Source: an uncultured Methanosarcinales archaeon (GTDB taxonomy: Archaea; Nanobdellota; Nanobdellia; Woesearchaeales; CAYSVS01). Taken from it: a stretch of 44,482 bases of DNA. The stretch lies in contig CAYZMD010000002.1 in NCBI GenBank assembly GCA_964479425.1, positions 1 to 44,482 on the forward strand, read 5' to 3'. The notes beneath the pieces were generated by a model. It searched no databases. It was not told the DNA's origin and worked only from the letters and a program-made list of their open reading frames with translations. Made by a program: the position numbers and the translations under genes. Of the stretch, positions 25,013 through 36,200 are shown in pieces; within the stretch, counting starts at the first letter, position 1, and every line of letters begins with the position of its first letter.

Positions 25013-25584
25013 GTTAATTGTTGAATTCCTGCTATCCTTAATTGTTGAACTATTTCTTTTAAACTACCTTCGCAGTTTTCAATATCTTCTAAAAACCCAA
25101 GTATTTGATTTTCATTAAAATTTCCTTTCGCATATACACATGTCATTTCCTGATTTTTAAATAAATCCTTAACTTCCTGTGGTTCTTCTTCGCCCATTGC
25201 TACTATTTTTTTTGTTAAAATACAATTGTCTGCTGAGTATTCTACTGTAACTGTATCTTCGATTTGTTCAAATGTTGCCTTATCGCAATTATTTGCAACT
25301 TCTAAAAAACAACTGCTAGATTTACAGGTTGATAATGATGTTGATATTGATATTAAACCAAATATTACTAAACTTATTAAAATCATAACTCCAGACACCA
25401 TTATAAATTGTTTATTTCTAATATAGAATGGAGCTTGTTGTTTTTTGTACTTTTTGAATAAATCATCAATCATACTATCAGTGTACTTTGCTTTTTTTAG
25501 CTCTTTTCTTATTTTAGTAAAAGTACTACCTTTTTCAAGACTAATATGTATGATTTTCATCAAATCTGCGATTGGATCTCTCAT
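25009..25584 (-). CDS. Single-pass (N-in) membrane protein with Cys-containing extracytoplasmic domain, coupled to the protease gene
   Basis: A basic cytoplasmic N-domain (KKYKKQQAPFYIRNKQ) is followed by one TM helix and a ~110-aa C-terminal domain with 6 Cys. It overlaps the downstream gene by ATGA. Confidence 0.6.
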   Translation of the reverse strand: MRDPIADLMKIIHISLEKGSTFTKIRKELKKAKYTDSMIDDLFKKYKKQQAPFYIRNKQFIMVSGVMILISLVIFGLISISTSLSTCKSSSCFLEVANNCDKATFEQIEDTVTVEYSADNCILTKKIVAMGEEEPQEVKDLFKNQEMTCVYAKGNFNENQILGFLEDIENCEGSLKEIVQQLRIAGIQQLT

Positions 25585-25719
25585 AATTTGATATTAAATA
25601 TAGTATATATAAATATGTTGTTTTGTCTTTTTAAAGTGGTAATTGGGGTTAGTTTTATAAATGTGGAGAGGCTATTCCAAATCAAAGAGTATCATAATAT
25701 TAAACAAAAAAACAAAAAA

Positions 25720-27174
25720 ATGGCCAACATTGATGAATTAGAAGTGATTTGGAGAAAAGTAAATCAAAGTAAATTTCTGCCCGTATTAGAAATTATAAAA
25801 AAAAATCAATTACAAATAGAAATTGAATCTTCTAAATATACTTTAATAGATACATTCGGAGAAAATCCTAATATTATATTCTTGGGATACTGCCACGGAA
25901 CAAAGCAAAAACATGAAAAAGAGAGAATAAGGAAAATATTAGCTAAAATTGTGAAACCGGGAGATATTATTACAGCCGAAGGCGCAAGTCATGATTGTAG
26001 AGATCAAAAAGATCTTGAATTTATATGTGCTAATGAGATTCCTCACACAAATTTTCGTGCAAGATTTAATGACTCAGTCAGAGATATTGTTTTATCAAGA
26101 ATCAATGAAACCGATTATTTCAAGTCTAAAATAACTAAACAAGAATATATTTCATTTCAACTGAATAATCTTCTAAAACGTGACACTAATTTTTGCAATA
26201 ATGCAGGAAGAGGCCTTATCCAATTGCATGAAAAATTAAAATACCAAAACTACGGAAAGCAAAAAAAGAATAAAATAATCCAATTAATCGGAGCAGGACA
26301 CCTAGCATCAGGAACAATTCGCAATATACTAAGAAGCAAAAATGTTTCATATCAAATGTATGTATCAAACGAAAATATAACTCACAATAAACTTAGAGAA
26401 TTGTCTGACCCAATATATCCTAACAGTATTAAAGAAGATTGGGTATGTTTGCTTGGAGAGCTAGGATACGTAGGGAAAAAAAATATGGCAGCTGAATTGG
26501 ATCAAAAATATGGATTCGATAAATGGGTTAGAGCATTTTTCCATAGAGGAAACATAATTCATAAAGAAGAAGCATTGGTTTTATATGAACAATCATATTA
26601 TGATTTTTTAAAAGATAATGATGGAGTGCGTGAATGGCTAATCAACACGGCCAGTGAAGTATACGACATCCAGCCTTCCAATATAAATTCAGGTTTAGAT
26701 TATTCGATACAGGAATGCTCCGGAGTACATTTCCAAGACATATCAGTAAGAAGGGTGTTAAAACGATTAGGTCTGAAATTCAAAGGCAACCATTTAGTGC
26801 AAATAAGAGGATATGATTCTGAAGGATATGTTCTTAATCCAGGGCAAGTGCCTTTCCATAATCCTGAAGAAATATTGGATAAGGAAACTAAAACATGGTG
26901 GAAACCAAATTCTATTGAAGCTTTCTACCAACATAATAAAGCCCTATTAATTGATCCTAATTCATTGGTTCTTGCGCCAGTCATTGAAGGACCAGAGGGG
27001 ACTTATTTCGCATTAAATAAATCAGTTTATTACCTTCAAGATAAAGAAAATCCAACAATTCTATATAGAAAAAAAGGAAAAAATGTTAGGAGCTTATTAC
27101 ACAAGATTCCACATAATCATCGACAAATAGAAGGAGAAGCTCAACCATATTCTATTTTTCTAAGAAAATCATGA
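25720..27174 (+). CDS. Hypothetical protein with an N-terminal half resembling the TIKI/TraB/GumN superfamily
   Basis: IIFLGYCHGT...IITAEGAS...IIQLIGAGHLASGTIRNIL resembles the GTxH / E / GAGHL signatures of the superfamily. The start is taken at MANIDEL (25720) rather than the track's 25546, which overlaps the divergent gene. Confidence 0.5.
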   Translation: MANIDELEVIWRKVNQSKFLPVLEIIKKNQLQIEIESSKYTLIDTFGENPNIIFLGYCHGTKQKHEKERIRKILAKIVKPGDIITAEGASHDCRDQKDLEFICANEIPHTNFRARFNDSVRDIVLSRINETDYFKSKITKQEYISFQLNNLLKRDTNFCNNAGRGLIQLHEKLKYQNYGKQKKNKIIQLIGAGHLASGTIRNILRSKNVSYQMYVSNENITHNKLRELSDPIYPNSIKEDWVCLLGELGYVGKKNMAAELDQKYGFDKWVRAFFHRGNIIHKEEALVLYEQSYYDFLKDNDGVREWLINTASEVYDIQPSNINSGLDYSIQECSGVHFQDISVRRVLKRLGLKFKGNHLVQIRGYDSEGYVLNPGQVPFHNPEEILDKETKTWWKPNSIEAFYQHNKALLIDPNSLVLAPVIEGPEGTYFALNKSVYYLQDKENPTILYRKKGKNVRSLLHKIPHNHRQIEGEAQPYSIFLRKS

Positions 27175-27249
27175 ACTAACAAAATACATAATTTAATATT
27201 TTCAAAATAGTTAAATAAGACTCGTCAATCAATCTCATTTTAAAACAAC

Positions 27250-30200
27250 CTAATTTAAGAAATTTTCATTAACCATTTCTTTTATTTCATTTTCTGTATA
27301 ACCTTCACTAAATGATTTAATAACAAAATAATCTATTTCATTATTCTTTTTAGATGGCCATCTTTTTCCATGCAATTTTCTCAATTCATTAATTAATTTT
27401 ACTTTAGGCGCTAGGAATTCCACTTCCTGCTCAACAATATTCTTTATAGTCTCAAGATCTTTAATTCCAGAATTAGTATAATATGAAATTCTTTTACCAA
27501 CTTCACCTTTCATTCTTGCAGGATATTCCAACATTGCTAAAACACGAGTTTTTATGCCATTAGGACTTAAAGGAAGCTCAGCTATATCACCACTAATTTG
27601 ATCAAATGCCTCTTCTACACTATTAACGTCATATGAGTTATATAGATTGTAAAGTTTATCCCGTATAAGAATGAATCTATCTAATGATTTTTCTAATTCA
27701 CGTTCTTTTGATTTGAATTCACCTTCAATGATTTCAGCAATCATTGATTGAGATAATCCTTCTTGGCTCAATTCTTGAGATCTCAAAACCTTTTCTTCTC
27801 GAAGGTTAATTAGTCTCTTCTCAACGCCTAAGACATCTTCATAATTATCTTTAAAATCTTTAGTGTCAAAAATAGATTTAATTAAATTTTTGAAAGATGG
27901 CGTAATTTCAAAATCGTCACCCAATAAAAAATCAATAATAAGGTTAATTTTCATAGGTTTTCCTGGATGAAAATGTCCTAAAGTTGAAATAGGGTCTCCG
28001 GAATACGCCACGTCGTCCTGAGCACTCATAATAAATGAAAATGGAGGAGTTTTTTTCCCTTGCCTTTTGGCAGAATCAAGAACCTTTACAAAGAAAGAAC
28101 TTTCCTGATCCACAATACTTGGATTATGATTAATAATAATATTTGTCAAAAGCTCTATATCTTCTAAATTTGCCCCATTTGCAACAATAGCCTTTCCGTC
28201 ATTTTCAATTCTAAACTGGAATCCGTTTTCTAAAGTCTGTAATCCGGGAGTAATATATTGTGAAATAGGATTTTCATGTTCTATTACTTCACCATCCACT
28301 GTCACAAATTGTGTAGGGGTCATCATATCAAAACCAGATATTGATTTAGTTTCAGGTGCTACAGCTATATCATTAATTTTTTGCATTCTTTCTGAAATGG
28401 GACTAATCGCGCCCGCATCTCCGGTGAAAAGTACTTGGAGTTCCTTATCCGTATCTTGATAATAATCAATAATACCTTTAGCATATTCTTCTGCTTCTTC
28501 ACCAAATGGTTGCGTTGTTACCAAAACAGTTTTATATCCTTCAGGAGTCTTGATTTTGAATCGTTCTGCAGTTATTTTACCCTTTAATTCTTCAACGATT
28601 TCAAAATCTGTTGCTGGCAAAACCTTTTTTATTGCACCTATATCGCCTATTATCAAAATATCGGGTTTTATAATATTCAACGCAGATTTAATTTGTTTAT
28701 CAATCCTTGAAATATGTTTTATTCTGATAATCTGATTAGGATTAAATCCTGCTTGATATAGTGCAGCCTGTAATTGCATTTCCTTTTGTGTGCCTTTTTT
28801 AAGAGTGTTGATAATAATTCTTTTTTCTCCAGTTTCATAATTCTCGGCTATTAAAAATTCAAACGCATTCTCAAAGGGAATGGAATATTTCTTTACACTA
28901 TCAAATCCTTGATCTTTTAAAGTCTTTAATACATCTTGACTTTCGCCTTTATGCATATATAGCGTCCATCCTTGGTTCACCATAGCTTTCAGATGGGGAA
29001 TAATCCTTCCTTTGATATATTCATTAATCTCATTAGTTGCCCAAATTACTCGACCATCATTAGTTATTTGTTTGTAAAATATGGATTTATCCATACCAAC
29101 AACATAATACACATCATTTACAACACTAGTTTTTGAATTTCTTACAGCAAATTTTCTAAAAATTATTTGAGATGGTGGTATCAAGGCATCAATTTCTAAT
29201 TCAAATTCTTTATTGTTTGGAGCCTTCAATACGATTTTCTTCATAATTTTTATGTTGCCATTAACATCTCTAAATTCATAAGAATCTGATTCTGACACAA
29301 TTATATCTACTAGATTAAATACTTCCTCGTCAGAATATTTTTCTACTCCCTTACCAATACTAGCTATTTCAGGGCTAAAACCTGTATTCCTGTTCTTAAT
29401 AGAACCACGATCTGCCAAAATGGTTTCCAAGTCTTGAGTTTCTTTTTCCAAAAAGACTTGCACTTTCTGCCCTTCCAGATCATCAGATGTATGAACTACT
29501 TTTTCCTTTTTTACACCATCTTCAAGATACTGCAATAAAATGTTTTCTAACCTATCATCAATAGTACCCTTCAAATAACCATTATTTAGACGTGTATCCG
29601 AAATAATTTGTAAATTTCCATCTATATCATAATAAAAAATATCAAATATACTATCCTCAATGTTATATGCTTCAGCATATTGACCATCAACAATTGTGGG
29701 TACAGGAGTTCCTAGCTCCTCTCTACGTCTGGCATATTCCTCACTTACTTTTTCTTCAAAATCTCCCTTAAGTTCTGGAGTAATTAATAACAATATTTCT
29801 AAACCTACTGTTCCTTTAACAAACTCAGGATCATGATTGAGTAATTTTTTTATCAGATTTGCATCTTCTTTACTTATTATACCCGTCCTCTCGAAGTTTG
29901 CAGTAAGCGTCATAACGAAATTATCAATAATCTCTTTTTTTGCATTATATAATTTAGTTATGAAATCAAACTTCGTATTTTGTTCAGTTATTGTGGATTC
30001 AGCTCTATTAATAATATCATTAATAGATTCTATTTTAGAAGAAATCTCCTTCTTATTCTCACTAGGAGAGAGTATTGATTCAGAATACCCAAAATAAGTA
30101 ATAAAATCTATAAGCGTATCGCGACTATCCCACACACGCTGAATACTAGTTGTGTCGATTTCTTCGTTTAGTCTTTGTAATTCTGCTTCAATTTTTTCAA

Positions 30201-33200
30201 TAGATTCTCGATTACGCCAATTCTGAAAACGATTATACCAATTTTGTAATATTCCAACTCCAAATAATCCTACTTTGGGTGTTGTTGATAATTGTAATTC
30301 ATCTAATTCATTTTCTAAAGTTTTGACAATATTTTCCAAATTTTGGTCATCCTTAGTAGCGGGGATATTGTCTTTAATTGAAGTATCTGAAGGTTCATCT
30401 GGATTCTTTAAATCCGATAATAATTCAACATTCTTTCTTTCTTTATTATTATCCGGAGTTGTATAGTATGTTTCTGAAAACTCTAAAGTTTGTGGAAGCT
30501 CAATTCCTTCTGTAAGACTTGTATCAACTACCTTTGCCTTCCCAAATACATCATTATTTACAAAGCCCAAAGTTAAATGCAAATATTGTCCTTCATCCCC
30601 TTCTTGTTTTGCAGTTTTAAATCCTAACTTTGTTCTGAAAGCCTCTATTTTTGGACTTTCAATAACTAAAAAATATGTTACCTTATCTTTACTTGAATCT
30701 TTTTTATCTTTCTTTATAACCTTTCCAATTCCTTTTACAGAAACATCATCAACAGTACCCATTTCCTGTAAAGCCCTAGTTACAAGATCTGGATTTTCTT
30801 TCATTATTTTAGATTCGGTAGGACTCATTATTGTAATATGACTTCCAGTTCCTCTCCTTGATTCTAATGTTTCCCTTAAACCAGTAACTCCCTCTTTTTC
30901 TTCTATAGCTGCAATTATCCCTTCAAGATTAGTTGAGACTGAAACGCCTAAGTGGTTTACTTTATTTATTTCTGGAACAACTACTTCTTCAACGATTGGT
31001 GCTTCAACAACAACCTCCTTAACTTTCTTAGATTTTTCAACAAGCTCAGATAATTGAACAAGAACTTCATCTGCCTGGTCTTTATATTTAGCAGTAAAAT
31101 CTTTTGAAAATTCATTTGTTATATCATCGAGTGTAACTTCTTTTTTACTATTAATCATTGGACCAAGTTTGGGCATAATATCTTTTGCCTGCAAATTTAA
31201 AGCGACAAGTCCTGAAGATATTTTTCCTGAATCGTATTCAATAGTATCACCAGTAACACCTTCAATCGACAACGCATTCAAATCATTATTCAATGTGTTT
31301 GGTAAATTGCTTTCTCTTAATCTTCTCTTTGTATTGGAAGATGCTAATACGTGAGTTTCATATGCTGGAATATTTTCTTTTTCTAATAAGACTTCATCAA
31401 TTTCATGTTTTAGAATTAATTCAATAGCTTCATTAATTTGTTGTTGCGAATAACCTTTACTTTTCAAGTTTTTTTCTATTTTTGCCTTATCGACTGTAAT
31501 AATCCATTTCCCGTCTATTTCTTCTGATTTTGCAAATTCTGTTGCATCTCCGTCCTTGATTGTAATGCCTTGAACATCCTTCCCTCCTTTGACAATATCG
31601 GCTGCAGTTAGGCCAATCTTATTTGTGTCGTCATAAGCTTGATCTTTTTGTTGTTTGTATTTTTTCAATACTATTTTTGCAACAACCTTCTTTAAGTCGG
31701 CATCCTTTAAGTAAGTGAAGGAGATTGGGGAGAACCAACCCAAGACCCGACCGACTACTTCCTTTGCAACTGATCTTTTTTCTATTTTTACTTTTTCATC
31801 CGAAACATCAAACTGTTTCTTTTCAATCAATTCTTTATCCAAAATATAAAGTTCATCTTCGAAAACAAAGATATTTTCTGCTTTAGGTATCTTAGAAGAG
31901 GAATAATATTCATCACCTCTAGTAATGCTATCAGCAACAAAGTCATTTCTTGCGAATACTTCAATATTATTTGTTTGACTATCTCCTCTAAATATTCGAT
32001 TATAACTTGGGGTTTCCCACGAATCTATTTTTTTAGACATAGGTTTATCTGAATAAGATGGAAAGAATATCCCCTTTCTGAGAAATTCTAATTCTGTAAA
32101 TTCTAATTCTTTTTCCATATGTACTTCTGGATTTCTGTTATTTAATTCATTAGCCTGAACTCCTGTTGAGCCGTCCTCATTTGTAGCATAATAAATCAAT
32201 TTTGATCCATGAGTGTCAAGCAAATAATCAAAACGATATGGGATCCAAGAACCTATTAATGCATCCACATATTTTCCAGTTGATTCTTGTAGCGCTGCAG
32301 TATCTTCTTTAATAAATCGCGCTTTAGCTATATCTAATTCCCTAATATTGTCATACATTGGCTTATATACTCTCTCTATCAAACCTTGCATCTTCTCTCT
32401 GATAGATTCTATTTTTTCTTCATATTGTGGAGTATCTTCATCTAAATTTTCCCTTTCTTCCTCATACTGCCCCATCTCTGCGATAAACTCTTTACGTAAA
32501 AGATCTATCTTTTGTTCTAACTTAGTTATAGTAGAAGGATATTCAATTGTATTAATTCCAAGCTGTTTTATCTGATCCTTGAATGTAACATGATTTCCTT
32601 TGATGAATGTAAATTTAAGTCCAGCATTCTTTCCTTTTGGATTTGGCACCCATACATTCTCGATTGTTTTGTGAGGAATAAGGTCATATTTATCAATCGC
32701 CAATTCAATTTGTTCTTTGTCTGGATCAACACAAATAACCTCAGCACCTTTCTTTGCTAATAAATATTCTACTATTCCTGTACCTGACCCGACACTAACA
32801 AATACAGGAACCTTATTAGTTGAAACAGATTTTGTCTGTTCAAACATCCTTTTTATATCAATTGATCTTGGTATCCAAAAATTATATACGTTTTTCTTCC
32901 AATCGTTAAATGTAGATTTTTCATCAGCTGCTTTTAATTGATATCTTGTATCTTCATCAATTATTTCTGTTTCTGGAGTTTCTATTAGCTCTTTTGGTTT
33001 TCCTTCTTCATATTCATTAACCTCTTTCATCCTATCCAATTCTGCTTCTATTTCTTCAATCTTTTCTCTATTTCGCCAATTCTGAAATCCGTTGTATAAA
33101 TTCTGTAACGTACCAATTCCAAACATTCCTACTTTAGCTGTCGTTGATACTTTTACTTCTGCAAGTTTTGATTCTAAATTATTTATTGTTTTTTCAATAT

Positions 33201-36200
33201 TTTCGGTTGATTCTGTTAAGCTTGGGTCTTCGTCTTGGATCTTTTGGAGTAATGGGTCCTTTGCATCCAACAATAACTTCACATCCTTTCTAACTTTATT
33301 ATCGGCAGGAGTTGTATAATATGTTTCTAAAGAATCCAATGTTTCTGGTATTTCAATCCCGCTTGTTAATCCTTCATCTACGACTTTAGGCTGATTAAAC
33401 ACATCATTGTTAACAAATCCTAAAGTTAAATGTAAGTGAAGAGCTTTAGCTTTTTGCGCATCGGAAAGATCATCGGAATATGTTATAAATTTAGTACTCT
33501 CGGGATTTTCCTTAAGAGTCTCTTGTCTAAGTTTTTCTCTAAACTCTCTGACTTTTTGACTATCTACAACTAAATAATATGAAACTTTATCTTTAGCTGA
33601 ATCTTTTTTATCTTCTTTAATAACTTTGCCAATTCCTTTTACAACCAAATCATTAATTTCACCCATTTCTGCAAGAGCTTGTTTTACAAAATCGGGATTT
33701 TCTTTCATTATTTTTGAGTCTGTTGGAGGCATTATGGATAGATGATGTCCTTCCCCTCTTCTTTGAACTAAAGTATTTTTTAACCCAGTAACTCCCTCTT
33801 TTTCTTCTATAGCTGCAATTACTGAATCAAGATTAGTTGAGACTGAAACACCTAAATGATTTACTCTATTTATTTCTGGGATTACTACCTCTTCAGCTAT
33901 TGTTTCTTTAACAACAGTTTTCTCAACTTTTTTAGAACTTTTAACAAGCCCATATAATTGACCAAGAACTCTATTTGCTTGCCCTTCATACTTTGCAGTA
34001 AAATCTTCTAAGAATTCTGCTCTTATATCATTATTTGTAACTTCTTTTCCTTTAGCAATTATTTCACGTAGTTTATCCATAATAATATTTTTTTCTTCGT
34101 CTTCTTTAAATCCTAAACCTTCAAGCCCTGATGAAATTTTTTCTGAATCGTATTCGATAGAATTGCCCACAACTCCATAATCAAGAAGTGCTTTTCTAAC
34201 ATCATGCGGAATTTCTACTTCTTTCATAAGATTATTTTTCTCAGTAATGATTTTATTTGAATAAGTGCTTTCAAGATAAAGTCCATTAACTCTTGGCCCT
34301 AAATCCCCTTCTCCCAACTTGTGTGCTTCTTCTATAGCACTTGTCCACTCTGAATTATACTCAATTCCCATTTGTGCTACAACAGCTCGTGCTTTTTGCT
34401 CGGTTGATAAGTCGTCCCATTTTTCGTTTGGAATGTAGGATTGGGTGATGCCTATTTTAATTTTATCGAGGAGAGGAGATTGAGAAGATTCTTTAGCAGT
34501 TTCCTGTTCCGCAGGTTCTATATCTCCAAATAAAGATGATTCTGGAACGCCTCTAAGCAAAGAGTTCTTTAACACTACACTTTCAACATCAACACCATTG
34601 TCTTCTAAAATGTTTTTTGCATATGGTAAAGTTTCTGATGGAGGACGAAAATGCCCTGAACCATTATTAATTTCTACAAGCACCCATTTTCCATTTCTTT
34701 TTTCAAAGACAATTTCACCAGCGCCGTAAACATTTCTCCCTTTACTTAATTCTGAATGTGCAGCTCGACCAGTAATTACTCCTTTCAAAACTTCTTCGTC
34801 AAATACCATTTCACCGTCTGCATTGATGATGTAAATAAATTTAATTATATTTTGTTCCTTTTTTTCTACAATTTGCTTTGCATTTTTTTCCCATCCTGAA
34901 TTTAATTGATAATCATATATTTCAACTAATTTAAGAAGCAGTTCTTTTTCTTTTTCATTATATTCATTAGAAAGTTGAGTCTTGGTTTTTATATTGGAAT
35001 CATCGGATTTGATTGGAGCATCCCTTATTGTAATTCCCTTTTGAGCTAATAGTTGTTTTATATCTCCTCTAATAGATTCAATCTTCTTTTTATTTATTTG
35101 ATAACCTTTTTGTAAACTTATTAATTCTTTATATAATAAACTTTGAGGATCTAAACTTGATATAAGATTAGGTAAATTTTGTAAATAATTAGAGAATCTC
35201 TTTTCATTTTGTTTTATCATCTGAAATTCTGCTTTATTATATGCAACATGGTTAGAGAATTCTTTTATTTTTGTTTTTCCTGTCTCTGGATCGTATTCGG
35301 TTACGGAAATTGAAAATCTATCTAGATCTGGATTATTTAAGTATTCTGTTAATTGTTCTAAAGTTTTGAATCTCTCAGGATTATCATAATTTCTTCCTTT
35401 TTTACCTGGTTTTTTATTTGTTTCTTGTATTGCATCCATCATTATATGGTCTAGGTCTAATACAGATCCTTCATCAAAACCAGCATATTCAAGACTACGT
35501 CTTTGCTCAGATTTTACATCAAAATTAGGAGATTCTTGTCTCGAAATTTCATAATCCCTTATTTTAGAAATTCTTTCTTTCATTAAATCAAAAACTTGAA
35601 CTCTTTGTTCTTGAGACAACATATAGGATTTTTTTACTTTTGCTACTTCCGGATTTTGATTAAGATAATCCTGAAAACTATTAATCATATTTTCTAAATA
35701 AGATTCACTAAAGTCGCTTACTGAATTTAATTTATTATTTTTATTTATTATTTGTTTTTTTTCTTTAAACTCTTTCCAAAGAGCTTGGTTTCTAAAATTC
35801 TCATATTCAATAAAAGATTTTGCAGATAATATTTTAAATGGGTCTTTAATAAATTCTGCAGGCATATTTTCAATATTTGGTGAGGTAATAATTCTTATAA
35901 TAGAACCATCAAGTATTGCCTGATGTATCCCATTAACTACTTCCCAATCTTCTTTTGTATACGCTTTATTATCATTATTAAAATCTAGCCCGTTATTTGA
36001 TTCTGAAGATTTGAGAATAAATCTATATTCTGATCCACTCGGTAAAAGCATGCTATATACTATCTCTATATCTTTAATTTGTGCGAATTCTCCAACACTT
36101 TCACCTACAGCCCATTTCATAAAATTAGCGTCAATCCTACCTGATAATTCTATAGATGCACCATCTATTAATCCATCCTCTATTGCTTTTTGATACTTTA

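Noticed and set aside
25546-25719. The long N-terminal extension of the 542-aa ORF.
   Set aside because: It overlaps the divergent 191-aa gene start and the AT-rich promoter region. It reads as hydrophobic, low-information sequence, so MANIDEL at 25720 is the more plausible start, though not proven.
33092-33319. Plus-strand ORFs beginning MYKFCNVP or MYRFCNVP (also 40622-40861 and 42110-42346). They look like a conserved small-protein family.
   Set aside because: They are the antisense reading of the four linker modules of the giant ORF (GTLQNLYNGF read backwards). Their similarity is a by-product of sense-strand conservation, and all other plus-strand ORFs within 27250-44382 are likewise antisense artefacts.
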